DNA from: Felis catus
Lineage: Eukaryota
Direction: 5' to 3'
Assembly: GCF_018350175.1 (NCBI RefSeq)
Contig: NC_058368.1
Coordinates: 153,328,001 to 153,392,000 of the forward strand
Length of the DNA: 64,000 bases
Made by a program: the position numbers and the translations under genes. The notes under the pieces are model-generated. The model was not told the origin of the DNA, made no database searches, and saw only the letters and a program-made list of their open reading frames with translations. The stretch's first letter is position 1. Every line of letters starts with the position of its first letter. Shown here piece by piece: positions 24,376-38,253 of the stretch.

Positions 24376-25177
24376 GCCTGAGTTCTTTGGTGCCCTCCTA
24401 GGGTCCGGTTCTATTCACCTCCGAGGAGCACTGAGCAAGAGGAGGTGAGTAAAGAGTGGATCTGGTGGGGCAAATGGAAAGAATCCTTTAAGAATGTAAA
24501 TCGGGGAATGTCCTCCCCTGCCCCAGATCCTGGAATATGTGCCCATCTCATTCCACAGAAGGATATACTTTCTCTCTTCCTGGTTTCAGTATGGAGGGTG
24601 CAGTTCCTAAACACATTCCTAGCTTCTCTCTGTTTCTAGATACTCTGCTCCTCGGAAGATGAATTGACTTATCTGGTTGATAAGTGCAGGACAGAAAAGC
24701 AGGTGTGGCACTTCACCCTCTGAGAGTGACAGCCAACAGAAAGCAGGAGCTCTCTTATGCTCTGCCATCATGTAGATCTTTCTTAGGCTGCCTTGGCCCC
24801 ACCAACTGATACACTGATCAGCGCTTCTTTCTGCCTCATATATTGGGGTTCCATATTAGCAAGTCCACTTTGGTTAATGAACCCAAAATGGCATCTAACA
24901 ACTACCTCAAGCAGTAATAAAGCTGATTTGTTGGCTTCCATTTTTACTTTGAGACCGAATTTCTCCCTTTATTCATTCATCAGGTATTTTTTGAGAGATT
25001 GCTATATGCTTGATACTGTTCCAATGCTCAGGGTACATTAGAGAGGGGGAGAAAGAGAAAAACAGATAAAAACGTCTTCCTTCATTTGGCCAATTATTTA
25101 AAACCTGGGCCAGGAAGATGGGTACAACTTATTGGGAGTCTGTTCTGAGGCTTTTAGCTTTATTCAGAGTAAAGTTC

Positions 25178-25387
25178 TTTTTTTAGATGTTTATTTTTGA
25201 GAGAGAGAGAGAGAGAGAGAGATAGCAAGGGAGGGGTAGAGAGAGAAGGGGACAGAGGACACGAAGTAGGCTCTGTGCTGACAGTAGAGAGTCTGATGTG
25301 GGGCTCAAACTCATAAACCACTAGATCACGAAATCACCACCTGAGCCAAAGTTGGATGCTTAACTGACTGAGCCACCCAGGTGCCCC
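25178..25387 (-). mobile_element. CAN-SINE
   Basis: TSD cagagtaaagttct. Confidence 0.95.
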
Positions 25388-25439
25388 CAGAGTAAAGTTC
25401 TGATTAAAACAGAAAGTTCTCATACAAGGCTCTTGCAGA

Positions 25440-26100
25440 TACTGTGATTGAACTAATGTGAGCTCACTTAGTGAGCTGAAGATATGGACTACACTGAATG
25501 GAATTGTTGCACAAAGTCAACTTTATTTGCAGCAAATAAGGGGATTGTGGGGAATGATTTCCAATGCCATGACTCCCTGAGCAGGCCTAAAGGGGTTCTT
25601 TTTTATTTTATTTTTTTCAATTTTTGAGTTTATTTATTTATTTTGAGAGAGAGAGCCAGAGAGCACATGTGCACCAAGTGGGGAAGGGCAGAGAGAAGGA
25701 GAGACAGAATCCCAAGCACGCTCTACATAGCCGATGTGGGGCTCTAACTCACCAACCCTGAGATGGTGACTGACCTGAGATGAGATCAAGAGTTGGAAGC
25801 TTAACAGACTGTGCCACCCAGGCACCCCAAAGCGTTCTTTTTATTTGGGGTTTGGGATGAATATTCAGAGAGGGGGAGTTTGAGCATTGCATGTAGAAGT
25901 TGGGCATAGGTTTGCATGTGTGCACTTAGACGATGTACTTATACGTGCACTATATGTTATGTTAATAAAGCTTATGTCTCTCCCAGGGCAGGGATCTTAA
26001 AATTATAATAAAGTTGAGGTAACTGTTAGACGCTTTATGGCTCAGCTTCACAAGCACTGCCCTGGTGATCAAGCTCTACTTTGTCTAGGCCTGGTGGAGT
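25440..26100 (-). mobile_element. Probable ERV1-class LTR, split by a SINE
   Basis: caactttatttgcag (AATAAA on the minus strand) followed by LTR-like U3 composition; family not identified. Confidence 0.4.
25599..25827 (-). mobile_element. CAN-SINE
   Basis: TSD aaag.gttctttt. Confidence 0.9.
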
Positions 26101-26159
26101 TTGTTTTTTTTCTGTTCCAGAAATTCATTAGTTTCTAAGAAACAAAACTGATTTCTTGC

Positions 26160-26955
26160 TCCTTCTGTCCTCATCTCCCATCACACTCCTTTTCTGTTGT
26201 GTTGGCTTCCTCACTGTTCTTTGAACACACCATACACACTCCCACCTCTGTCCTTTGCACATGCAGTTCCTTCTGTCCAGGCCACTCCTCCCCTATGTGG
26301 TCCCCACGATTTGGTCTCTCACTTCTGTTGGGTATCATATGTTACTGTTGCCGGGAGGCTTTTCCCATCCACCTATAAGAAATGAACACCCACATCTGTT
26401 TTTAGTCATTCTCTATTTCTCTTACCTAGTTTTTCTTCATATCATTTATTACCACTCCAGGTGTGTGTTGCATGTTTAAAACAGTGACTGACACAGAGGA
26501 AGTACTTTACGTTGCCAATGATCCTGACAAAAAACATGCACGACATGATGCCTACTATCTGCCAGGCACTGTTCTAAGAGCTTTACAACTACTAACTCAT
26601 TAGTATCATATCATATCACTTCGTATCAACCTCCTAAAGTAGGAACTGTTATCATCTACACTTTACAGATAAAGAGTCTGAAGCACAGAGAAGTTATGTA
26701 ATCTGCCCAAGGTCACAGAACTTGTAAAGGAAGAGTGGGCAGAGATTTAAACAATGACAGAATTGTACCCCTCTAGAAGAGCTGGGACTTTGTTTTGTTC
26801 ATTTTCTATCCCCAGGACATGGAATAGTGCCTGGTATAAAAGTATTAATAAATGAACAAATGATTATCTACCTCTTAGAGTTTTTAAGATTAAAAATATT
26901 AATACATGCAGAGAGCTTAAATCAGTGCCTGGCACATAGTTACAGCTCAATAAAG
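26160..26955. mobile_element. Cluster of L2 (+) and MIR (- and +) fragments
   Basis: L2 tcctttgcacatgcagttccttctg; MIR tgccaggcactgttctaagagcttt..tttacagataaagagtctga..cccaaggtcacag; MIR cagtgcctggcacatagt. Confidence 0.75.
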
Positions 26956-26968
26956 ATTTTTAAAAAAA

Positions 26969-27176
26969 TTTTTTTAATGTTTTTTTATTTTTAAAAGAGA
27001 GACAGAGACAGAGAGAGACAGGATGAGCGGGGGAGGGGCGGAGAGAGAGGGAGACACAGAATCTGAAGCAGGTTCCAGGCTGCTGTCAGCACAGAGCCTG
27101 ACCCAGGGCTCAAACTCACAGACTGTGAGGTCATGACCTGAGCCAAAGTCGGAAGCTGAACCAACTGAGACACCCA
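26969..27176 (-). mobile_element. CAN-SINE
   Basis: SINE body, slightly 5'-truncated. Confidence 0.9.
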
Positions 27177-29526
27177 TGAGATTTTTTTAAAAAGGCAGCT
27201 GCCTTCCAGTTAACCTTGGCTCATAATAATATCATCTATATTCTGAGCACCAATTAGATATTGTAATGGGTTCTCAAAATTAGAAGAATAGTTTGCAAAC
27301 TATGCTCTGATCTATTAGTGCTGGACTATGAACTGGACCGACGTCTTCACAACTAAAATCGAACAATGGATTTTCCCAGCTCTCAGAAAAATCTTAACTG
27401 GATAGAACCTTTGAAATTTTTGATTTTTCTCTCTTGGAGTGTTCTTAAAACATCAGTGATTGCATCTTATCTGTTAGGACAAAAGTGAGCAATCAAGTAG
27501 CAAACAAATACTAATAGGAAAAGATGGAAACAGCCCTAACTGGAAACCAGGAAGTAGCCTTGTTTTATTTATAAATATAATAACGGGGAGTGTGACTTAC
27601 AATACCCAACATAAAGTATCTTGAAACATAAAGTAAATACATAAATATTTATATATCTATATAGTTATCTATATCTAGATACAGATATATAGATAAGTCT
27701 TTTGGTACTAAATCAGAGTTTTTTGGATCGAAACAAATATATCTGTATTTTGTCATATGACATGAAGAGCACCTTGACTTCCAGAATGTTCTGCTTCCCA
27801 AACAAATTAGAGAACTTTTGAACTTGGAAAGCAAGAAAAAGAAAACATAGAAACCCAGCAAAGCCAATGTCAGAGATTTCCCACTGGATCACTGAAATGA
27901 GGACATCCACAAGGACCTGTATTTGCAGTGTAACTTTTGGTCTATAGTTTCTTCTTTACCCACGTGGAAGTCATTCAAGTGTATAGAATACCAAGAAATG
28001 CAGTTCTACAATGTCACTCCGACACTATAAGGATAACTCATAGACCATTTAAAAATATATATATATGTATATATCAAGAAAATATGGTTTTTCCCCCATT
28101 GGTAAAGCTTAGAAAAGAAAAAACAAAGTACATTTTTTTAAGAAGTTACCTAGTAGTGTAGTTTTATCTTGCTTAATTATTTTTGCAAAGTAATAATCTC
28201 AGTGCAGACCCTGAACAGCAAGAAAAAGTTTGCAGCTTAAGAGTAAAAATGTGAAAATAACATGTCATTTGAAGGGCCTAATTATGCTTTTGGAAAGGGC
28301 ACTGAACTGTAGCTATTTTCATTAGTGGGTATTGACTACAAATTCCCACTTCAATCAGGCCTTGCCATTGCCCCCAAACCATGCCCTTCATGTAAATATT
28401 AGTGCTATTTCCACCGCAAGCATAAATCATGGGGATATTAACCAGATCTCCTTGAACAGTCCCACTGAGTTCCTCCTGGCTGTAATGAATCTCACCCAGC
28501 AGTCAGCTGAAACATGTTTATTTTAAAATATTTAAACATTTACTTGGTGCAAAATAAGGGAGCAGCAGCAGCACATTTAATGGCAATTTTCTTAGTAAAA
28601 AGAGGAGAAATAGATGTATGCATTTACAGTAAGTCCTTCTTACCTCACAGAAAGACACATTCCAAATCTAAAAAAGAGAAAGATATAAAATGCCCCCCCC
28701 AAAAGTTTCAAAATCATTTCTCAAAAGAACCAAAACAAAACCCTCCAAACTTGGTATGTCCCCTTTCTCTAATTTTCTTTTTTTCTTCATTGTTGGCATT
28801 CCATTTTTCTCTCTAGTGTATCTTTTATCTTGGTAAATCCCTTTAGATCCTCACTATATCAAATTAAAAAAAAAAGTTTCTCCCACAGGCGGTGTTACAG
28901 AGGGCAGTCTAGTCTCACCAGTACCAACTAGGCAACCAGGGCAATAATATGTCCCTTTAATGGAATGATTCCTGCTCACTCAAAAAATCAGCCAGGTTCT
29001 CACAAGTGAAGAGTGGGTCTCTGGATCAATCTGGGACCTTGTCTATGTTCCTGGAGTGGTTTCCACATCTGATAAGAAAGTTGTACATAATATGCATCAG
29101 AAGAATGTATACAGATAGATCTAGAACTGGAAGAATCCTTATTTAAAATATGGAAAAATAGATAAAAGATTACAAGCAGCCATTTATTGTGAGCCTTGTC
29201 TTATGATCACACCATACAGCTGCTTCACAGTGGTGTTCAACCTTATGGAGGATGTGACTCAGCTTTTTTTGTGTCTCAAACATGTCCAGTCACATTGCAC
29301 AACAAAATAGATATTTCAATAACTCTACTTCAGACTAGTCTTGTGTATTTCTGGTTCATATGGCAAATAGTCTGTTCTGTTGCACCTCACTCTTGGCGAG
29401 AATGTAACAAAAAGGCAAATCTCACTATATCTCAAGAACCAATGCTTGCATTTCATTGTTTCCTACATTTCTATTCATTAAAAGCTATGAACATTAAAAA
29501 AAATGTTGTGTAAAAATAAGCTGTGT

Positions 29527-29755
29527 GGGGGCGCCTGGGTGGCTCGGTCGGTTAAGCGTCCGACTTCGGCTTAGGTCATGATCTCACGGTCTGTGGGTTC
29601 GGGCCCCGCATCAGGCTCTGTGCTGACAGCTCGGAGCCTGGAGCCTGCTTCGGGTTCTGTGTCTGCCTCTCTCTCTCTGCCCCTCCCCTGTTCATGCTCT
29701 GTCTCTCTCTGTCTCAAAAATAAGTAAACGTTAAAAAAAAAAATTAAAAAAAAAA
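29527..29755 (+). mobile_element. CAN-SINE
   Basis: TSD aaaataa(g/c)ctgtgtg. Confidence 0.95.
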
Positions 29756-30309
29756 TAACCTGTGTGTTTCTATATGAAATGTAAAAGAATAGAAGGCTGC
29801 AGTTAGCATTTCTAAAAATAAGGTTAGGAATGTTGGTCTTATAATGTAATGACAAAGCCACCAGTGATTGTAGTGAGTTAACAAATTGCATTTGTAGCAT
29901 GTAATTGGCATTGACAATGAATGCAGAGATTTATACAATTTAATTGCTACTGTAATACTTGGACTACATCAGGCAATCATATATTAGTTTCTAGAAACCT
30001 GTCAATATAAACTCTACCCTGCAGTTGTGTATCCTGAATCATGAGGTAAATTTTAAAATCCAAACTCAAGAATATTTCGTATTTTTTTAAAGAGAACAAT
30101 TGGCTTGGCTAGGACTAGTAATCTGTTTCACTTTCAAGCTTACAGTTGTTCACTACTACCTCATGTTTCATCTTCCTTATTTCGTACAATGCATAAAGCT
30201 TTTTCAATGAAGAGCGTATTGCATGTTTTCTTGCATCTTTAAGTTTGTGGATAAAGATAAAGATGGGAAGACAGGCAAGTGTCCAGCACTGTCTATAAGT
30301 GAGGATTTC

Positions 30310-30730
30310 TCTATTTTCTACCCACTCACATCCAGTTTACCACAAAGTTCTATCTCTTCTATGTTAACGATCTTTCATCCTCTTTGATACCCTCCCCTAG
30401 GCTTAGTGACCATTCTTTCTCATCTGGAGTAGAGCAGAACCTGACTATCTTCCCACCATAATGCTTCCCCCGCCCCTGCAATCTATTTTGCACACAATAG
30501 CCAAAGAGAGACTTTAAAAATTTAAATCAGATTACTGGTCTGTCCTCATAAAAGCATCTCTCTGCATTTAGAGTAAAATTCATATCCCGTGGCTTGGCCC
30601 ACATTGTGCTTTTTGTCCTGTAGCTCCTCATATCCTGCAACATTGCTTTTCATTCGCCGTGCACTGGCCTTTCTGTTCTTTTTATGTGCCAACCGCTTGC
30701 CAATCCCTCTACGTGGAACAATTGTTTCTC
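30310..30730 (+). mobile_element. L2 fragment (continues about 31720-32030)
   Basis: cacatccagtttaccacaaagttct..caatctattttgcacaca.tagcca.ag..aaatcagat. Confidence 0.65.
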
Positions 30731-30744
30731 TGATTTTTAAACAA

Positions 30745-31432
30745 AATTTCTAAGTTTATTTATTTATCTTGAGAGAGAGAGAGAGCATGAGCAGGGGTGG
30801 GGAAAAGAGAGAGGGAGAGAGAGAGTCCCAAGCAGGTTCCGTGCTGTCAGTGCAGAGCCTGATGCAGGGCTAGAACCCAAAAAGTGGGAGATCATGACCT
30901 GAGCTGAAACCAAGCATCAGATGCTCAATGGACTGAGCCACCTAGAAGCTCCTCTGATTTAAAACAATTTTTTTTAATGTTTATTATTTATTTTTGAGAG
31001 AGAGACACACACAGCATGATCAGGGGAGGGGCAGAGAGAGAGAGGGAGACACAGAATGTGAAGCAGGCTCCAGGCTCTGAGCTGTCAGCACAGAGCCTGA
31101 TGCAGAGCTCAAACTCACAAACTGTGAGATCATGACTTGAGCTAAAGTCGGATGCTTAATGGACTGAGCCACCCAGGCAACCCCCCTCAGATTTTTTTTT
31201 ATGTTTATTTATTTTGAGACAGAGAGAGAGAGAGAGAGAAAGAGAGAAAGAGATAGTGCACACTAGTGGGGGAGGGGCAAAGAGAGAGAGGGAGACAGAG
31301 AATCCCAAGCAGGATCCACACAGTCAGCACAGAGCCTGATGCAGGGCTTGATGTCACAAATTGTGAGATTGTGACTTGAGCCAAAATCAAGAGTCTGTGA
31401 ACGTTTAACCAAGTGAGCCTCCCAGGTGCCCC
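30745..31432 (-). mobile_element. Three consecutive CAN-SINEs (30745-30952, 30967-31185, 31192-31432)
   Basis: Three full SINE bodies, each bounded by a copy of ctc(t/a)gattt. Confidence 0.95.
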
Positions 31433-31514
31433 TCTCTGATTTTTAAAGCCATACTAAACGCTAAATATTGGTTGTATCTTCAAAGAGTAAAGTTAGTTTT
31501 TAGCTGCTCCCTTT

Positions 31515-31720
31515 TCTTTGAGCCACTGGGTAGACATTACTGGTTCACCATGATCCGATTTCCCCTTTTTTCTTGGACTCTGCTTCCTAGCATGCTTGCA
31601 GTCGGTGGAGTCTATGTGTCCAATACTAGCCAATGAAATGTGAGCATAAGTGAGATCTGTTACTTCTGGGCTGAAGCAGTGAGCCCTCTGATTTTTGCAT
31701 GATGGATTCTCCATCACCCT
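31515..31720 (+). mobile_element. LTR16-like (ERVL) fragment
   Basis: cttgcagt..tagccaatgaaatgtgagcataagtga..ttacttctgggctgaagca. Confidence 0.55.
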
Positions 31721-32905
31721 TCAGGTCTCGGATCAAATGTCACCCACTTAGGGAGTACCCTCACCCTAACCCAGTCACTGTGCCCACATGACCTTGTTGG
31801 GTTTTTTCCTCCATTACACTATTTACTATTTCCTCCATTATACTATTTACTATAAATGAAGTCATTTATGTGTTTAGTGTCTTCTTCTCCACTAAAGATA
31901 TTAAAATATTAATTTTCTTATGACTGGGACCTTTTTTATTGTTTGCACTATGTTATCTCCTATGCCCTCCTAGTGCAGTGGCTGGCACATAGCAGTGCTC
32001 AACAAGTATGTGTTAAATGTATGAACAAAGCGCAAGTAAGAAACAGTTGACCCAGTCTCATTCTTCAAGACCTCATATATGATGATAGACAAACGTCTTT
32101 CAGTTAATCATTAATTCATTCATCCAGCCATTCATTCACAAATTCATTCACCTTTCACTGAGCACCTCCTGAGGCAAGTACTATACTAAACAATGCAAAA
32201 GGGAATAACATGGGGTTCTAGTCATTGAGGCACTCCTATTGTGGTGGCACAGAAAGACATGGAAGCATATGATTATAGTACCATGCAGTGTGTGGTAAAA
32301 TAGAGATTGTTGCAAAGTGCTATGGAAATGACACAGACAGAGGAATTCGTGAAACTTTTAATTTCCTCTTTCACTAACAATATTATATATTATCTAATAT
32401 TGTGATACAGTAAAAGTGCTAAATTGTGAAGATTATGTTCTGCTGTGATTACAAGGATCCTTCAAATATCCTCAGAAAAATGTTGCCACTCTAATTTAAT
32501 AAGAAGTTAGGAATAGTTTGGCAAATTCAAATTTAATCCATATGGCACTTATTTTAGTAGAAGTACTATTTGTTTGTATCCACAGAGTATGATTGTCATT
32601 ATGCCTGGGCTGTGCCCCTGGATGTTGAAACTCCTGTTCTTACAAATTGAATTTGTGAGTCCGGTTAGTAATTTAATGTCTTTGTGCTTTGATTTTCCCA
32701 CTGATGTAAAGTAATGTCAGAAAAATTCCTTCTATTAAATTCAGACTAATAATGTTTGAATTAAGATTTTAAATGTGGAAAAAGAAAAAAAAGGCCAAAC
32801 AAACCTTTGTATGTCTTGGGATATTTATTTTCTTTCTCCTTTCTTTCTTTCTTTCTTTTTGTAGTTTCATGTCTTAAAATATTTAAGTTGTCTTAAAGTA
32901 AATAT

Positions 32906-33044
32906 TTTTTAAAAATTATTTATTTAATTATTTTTAAAAATCTTTATTTATTTTTAAGGTAATCTCTACACACAATGTGGGGCTCAAACTCATAACCCTG
33001 AGATCAAGAGTTGTATGCTCTACTGGCTGAGCCAGCCAGTGCCT
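32906..33044 (-). mobile_element. Short CAN-SINE
   Basis: TSD tcttaaagtaaatat. Confidence 0.9.
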
Positions 33045-33257
33045 CATCTTAAAGTAAATATCAAATTCTTGAGTCCTGCTTTGATATTTAGAGTGTGGTG
33101 ATCTGAGAAAATTAATGATCTCACTAAATCCCAATTTCTTCATCTATAAATTTGGGTTGTTTTAAGAGTTAAGTAAGTTAATAAGTGTCTTAGGCACAAC
33201 ATTAAGTCTTTAGTAAGTGGTAGGTATATTATTATTAGTGTTTTATTCTTGAAAATA

Positions 33258-34072
33258 TGGTCAATTCTTATTCATGGATTCCATATTTATGATTTTGCCA
33301 ACTTCTACAATTTATTTATAAAATTAAAAATCAACACTTCCATGATCGTTTGCAGACATGGGCATGCACAGAGCAATGGAAAACCAAGTTATCTGAAGTG
33401 CATGTTTCTAACCACAGTCAAACGAGGTGACACTATACCTTCTTATTTTAGCTCTTATAGTGTAAAATGCTGTTTTTGTAGTCTATTTAGTGCCATGTTT
33501 TTCTCATTTTTGTGCCTTTTTTTTGTTGTTGAGATTTTGCTGTTTAAAACAGCCCCCAAGAATAGTACTGAAGTGCTGGTCTTAAGTGCTATAAGGCTAT
33601 GATGTGTCTTATGTGTTCAAGAATCTTCAAGGAAGCATGAATTATAGTGTGGATGACTATGACATTATTAAATAAGTTGTCTTTCAATGGAAAATATGTA
33701 AATAAAGTTATGCATTGATCAGTTGACAAAAATTTTGCAACCAGGGGTGCCTGTGTGGCTCAGTCAGTAAAGTGTCCGACTTTAGCTCAGGTCATGATCT
33801 CATGGTTTGTGGGTTCAGGCCCCGCATGGGCTTTGCACTAGTGCTAAGCCTGCTTGGGATTCTTGCTCTCTTCTCTCTCTCTGCCTCTCCCCCACTCGCA
33901 CTTTCTCTGTCTTTCAAAATAAATAAATAAACTTAAAAAAATGTATATTGCGACCAAAGGCTTGCAGGAACCTAACTGTATTTTCCCTGGAAGCAATGGT
34001 TCAGTGCTCACTAATTCAGTGTTCTTGGCAACTTTATAGAATATAACTACCCTGAATAATGAGAATCAACTG
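33258..34072 (+). mobile_element. MER82-like Tigger-family DNA transposon, split by a CAN-SINE (33744-33940, +)
   Basis: Ends gaataatgagaatcaactg followed by TA; internal gtctatttagtgcca..gcccccaag.atagt.ctgaagtgctg and caggaacctaac. Confidence 0.8.
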
Positions 34073-34111
34073 TATTTATATTGGAGTCTTGCTTTAAAAA
34101 TATCTTTTAAA

Positions 34112-34338
34112 GGGGCACCTGGGTGGCTTAGTCGGTTAAGTACCCAACTCCTGGTTGTGGCTCAGCTCATGATCTCATGGTTCGTGGGATCGGGTCCAGC
34201 ATCAGGCTCTGTGCTGAGTGTGGAGCTTCTTGGGATTCTCTGTCTCCCTCCCTGTCTGCCTCTACCCTGCTTGCTCTCTCTCTCTCTCTCTCTCTCTCAA
34301 AAATAAATAAATAAACTTAAAAAAAAAAAAAAAAAAAA
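34112..34338 (+). mobile_element. CAN-SINE
   Basis: Head, (CT)n and A tail. Confidence 0.95.
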
Positions 34339-35624
34339 CCTCCAGGTAGTGGAATGCTACCCAAACAAGACTATTGGAATTCTCAGAATCACTTTATTCT
34401 TATAAATACCAGAAGTACCTACCTATGTCAGTATTTGATATAACTCAGCAAATATTAAGGATCAAGTTCAAATATAATTTATGCCACTCTAACTAAGGTT
34501 ATCCTGGTTTTGTCTCGATCAACCTGGTACGTGGTAAAATAAACTCTACATGGGATATAGAAGAACATGATTTTTGTTTCTAAATATATGACTTAAATGA
34601 GAAGACATTGAAAGAAGAAAAATTTCTCATGGAGAGAAGCATTCTTTCCCTCAAACTCATACCCAGGGCAGGACATTAAAGAACAAGAATTGCCTTGAGT
34701 GGGAGAAAGGTGGTCACAAATTCTTTTCCCTATGAGGCTGCAAGATGCAGACAGTTCCTGGTGTTAGGGAGTTTTCAAGTTTGCAGAAGGGTTTTGAATG
34801 CAATTACAGAGAGGAGATCTTGGGAATTAACACATTAAAACATTACCCATAATTATTGCCTAAATATCTCTCAGAAAATTAGCCATGGCAGAGAATCAGG
34901 CACAAAAAAGTGAGAATTGGGAAGGGCAAATTTGAACTTGGGAGAAAGATCAGGAAGAGTCTAGACTAAGATAGTGGTTTTTAAATATCGAGGGATTTAA
35001 GGAACACACCAGAAACAAGCTAAAATATAAACTCCTGGCCCTCTCTCCTGGGACTCTAACTCAGTAAGGATAGCTGGAGTCCCAGGCTTCATGATGCATC
35101 TTGTCCGGGACCACACTTTAGGTGCTGATGGCGTGGACAGCCAGCATACAGCAAATGTGATGCCTTCTGGCAGAGTCCTTCCTACCACTCACCTGAATGC
35201 GTTTCTGTGTGTGATCCCAAGGATATAAGGCTTCAGTGGAGTGATTCTTTGGGAGAAGAACATTTTCAAGGATGTGCTGAGCACACAGGGAGGATGAAAG
35301 GTTTTGAAATCAAAATTTCCCTGCATGTAATTTTTCTACAACTGTTCCTGTTCCTCTTGGGGGCCTCGAAGGCAAACAGAAAGAGGCATTACTGGCATGG
35401 GGATCTCCACCATTAAAGTGGTAATATTCATTGCTTTTCAATTTATATTTTAATATTGGTGAGTCATGGGAAGGAAAATTTATCTTCTTAAAATTTTAAA
35501 CACATCTACATGCCAAAAAACTGAAATGCCCATTTATAATACATTTCATATACTTCCATGGACAATTTCCTGATACTAAACACTAGCTGTGCTCATCACT
35601 TAGGGTCAGTAACTATGACCACTT

Positions 35625-37110
35625 TTTCATTCATTCATCATCGAATTTGTTTCATCAACGAGTCTGTATGGCACTTAAGGTACATGTAGTGCTGATAAGT
35701 TTAAATTCTAGTAGAGAAGACAAACAATAAATACAATAAATAAGTAGTAAATTATATATTATGTTATAAACTAATAAGTGTCTTGGGTGCATGGCTGGCT
35801 CAGTCGTTGGAGGGTATGACTCTTGATCTTGGGGTTGTGTGTTCCAGCCCCATGTTGGGTGTAGAGATTACTTAAAAATAAAATTCTTAAAAAACAAAAC
35901 AAAAAAGAAAGTATAAAGTCTCATAGGAAAACATACATGAGAAAATATACACAGAGAGAAATAGGATTCAGCAGGATCAGGGCAGTAGCCATTTAAAATT
36001 TTAAATAGGGTTTTCACAATAGGCCTGTCATTTGAGTAAAGACTTATATTTTTATTTTTTTTAATTTTTTAAAGTTTATTTATTTTGAGAGAGAGAGAGG
36101 AAGAGAGAGAGAGAGTGAGAGAGAGAACCAGCAGGGGAGGGGCAGAGAGAGGGGGGCAGGTAAAGGATCCAAAGAGAGCCCCATGTGGGGCTTGAACTCA
36201 TGAGCCATGAGATCATGACCTGAACCAAAGTCAGATGCTTAACTGACTGAGCCACCCAGGCGCCCCTGAATGAATACTTTTACAAAGTGAGGCAAATGAC
36301 CATGCTGAATTCTAGGCAGAGGGACTGGCCAGTGTAAAAGTCCTAAGGCAGAGGGCCCATGTGGAATATTCAAGGAGAGGAAAAGCAAATAATCAAGTGA
36401 AATTTGGCCAGACGGCTTTGCTGGAGAAAGATGAAGTCATCACGAACAGGGAGGAGGTCCAGAGAGTATGGACCCTCATAAACCACTATAACAATTTTGA
36501 CTTTCCCTGTGAACGAAATGAGGAACCGTTAACTGGGTTGGAGCAGAGAACTGACTTGATCTCACTTTTTTTTTTTTTTTTTTTTTAGTTTATTGATTTC
36601 TTTTGTGAGAGAGCATACATGCACAACCAGGGGAAGGGCAGAGAGAGGGGGAGAGAATCCTAAACAGGCTCTGCATTGTCAGAGCAGAGCCCAACGTGGG
36701 ACTCGATCTCACAAACTGTGAGATCTTGACCTGAGCCAAAATCTAGAGCTGGATGCTTAACTGACTGAGCCACCCAGGTGCCCTGATTTCTCTTTTATTT
36801 TTGCAAGATCCCTGTGGCTGTCGTGTTGAGAGTAGCTTACTAGAGGGCAAGGCTAGAAACAGAGAAAATGGTTGAGAGATCAGTGCAGAAAATGGTTGGG
36901 AGACAATGAGGAGGTCACAGTGATTTAAGTAGACCAGGGCCGTAGTAGTGAAGATGATGAGAAGCAGTTGTAGTCTGGATATATTCTGAAGGCCGAGCCA
37001 TGGCAGCTTCCCAACAAATTAGATGTGGGATGTAAGAAAAAGACAGAATTCAAGGATGCGTCTCTGGATTGAGCAAACGAAGGGCGGAAGTAGCACTAAC
37101 TGAGATTTCA
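35625..37110 (-). mobile_element. Long L2 fragment interrupted by three CAN-SINEs (35784-35910 + short, 36048-36266 -, 36566-36783 -)
   Basis: ttcattcattcat end; tgtcatttgagtaaagac; aagatccctgtggctg..gtgttgaga; tctggatatattctgaagg; agatgtgggatgt.ag.aaaagacaga.tcaagga. Confidence 0.8.
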
Positions 37111-37169
37111 TCTTGTGTTTCACCTAGCACTGTGCCACGTTCAAAAGCCAATCCGCGTGAACTTCAAAT

Positions 37170-37392
37170 TGAGGCATGAATACACATTGCTTAAGTGTGT
37201 AGCTTCCAGAGGTTGACTGCCTAAGTTCTAAGCTTGACTCACCACTTAGTAGCTATGTGACTTTGAGTAAGTCACTTAACTTCTCTGTGAAATGGGGATA
37301 ACAGTAGTACCTACCTCATAGAGTTGATAAGATTTAGTGAATTCATGTATGAAAGCACTTAAAAACAGAACTTGGCTGTGTATGTTAGCTAA
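37170..37392 (+). mobile_element. MIR
   Basis: accacttagtagctatgtgactttgagtaagtcacttaac..gtacctacctcatag. Confidence 0.85.
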
Positions 37393-38253
37393 CAGAACTA
37401 TTTAAACATTAGCTGTGAAGAAGTCGCAACTCTTTTTCCCATTTCTTTCCATAATGAGTCACTTGGTAACTTTTAGTTAGGAAGTTGTAAACCTTTCTGG
37501 GAACTTCAGAATAAAGGTTACGTATGATTTTCATTTGCCTGTTTGTCAGAGGAGTGCTGAAGGAACAAAAGAAATAACACTTGGACATGCCAGAGGAAAT
37601 GTACACACATTCAAATGTTAGTATCAAAAGCAGTTATTCTCAGATTTATGCTTCAGCCTTTAATTGTTAGAATAAAGAGGGGAAATGCTAAAAAAAAGAA
37701 AACACAGATATTGTCGAGTTTAACCCTGTCTTTCTTCATTCTCCATTGTTATGTAACCCAGATGACACAGTGCCAAGGTGTCACTTGCTCAGGAGCAACT
37801 AGACCTCTAAAATGGATTGAAAATCCATCTCAAGCCCTTTATACAAATATGGGGGAAACTCAGCATCTATCTCATTGTCTTTAGTAATCCTCAAGGGGCT
37901 TAGATTTCTCTTCATTCTACTCCAGTTTTCTATTCTCTGTTGAGATCTCAGACTCTGCCCCTCTCCAATGTCTTTTTTCCATCCTGTTCCCAGCATTGGA
38001 CACAACCTGGATTATTCCCATTTCACAAAGCACCACTGGTACAAGGTCAAGTGCACAAAGGCTTTTATTGGAATTGGAATTTGTATTAACAGTAAAAGGT
38101 TACAGAGCTCCACAGTACAGGAAACAACTTCAACATCATTACCGTCACTCCTAAAATCTAGCGGTTAATTCCTATCAGAGAATTTCTATGTCTCCTGAAC
38201 ATCTTGTTTCTAGTTATATATAAATACATAGCTATATAAATATATATATAACC

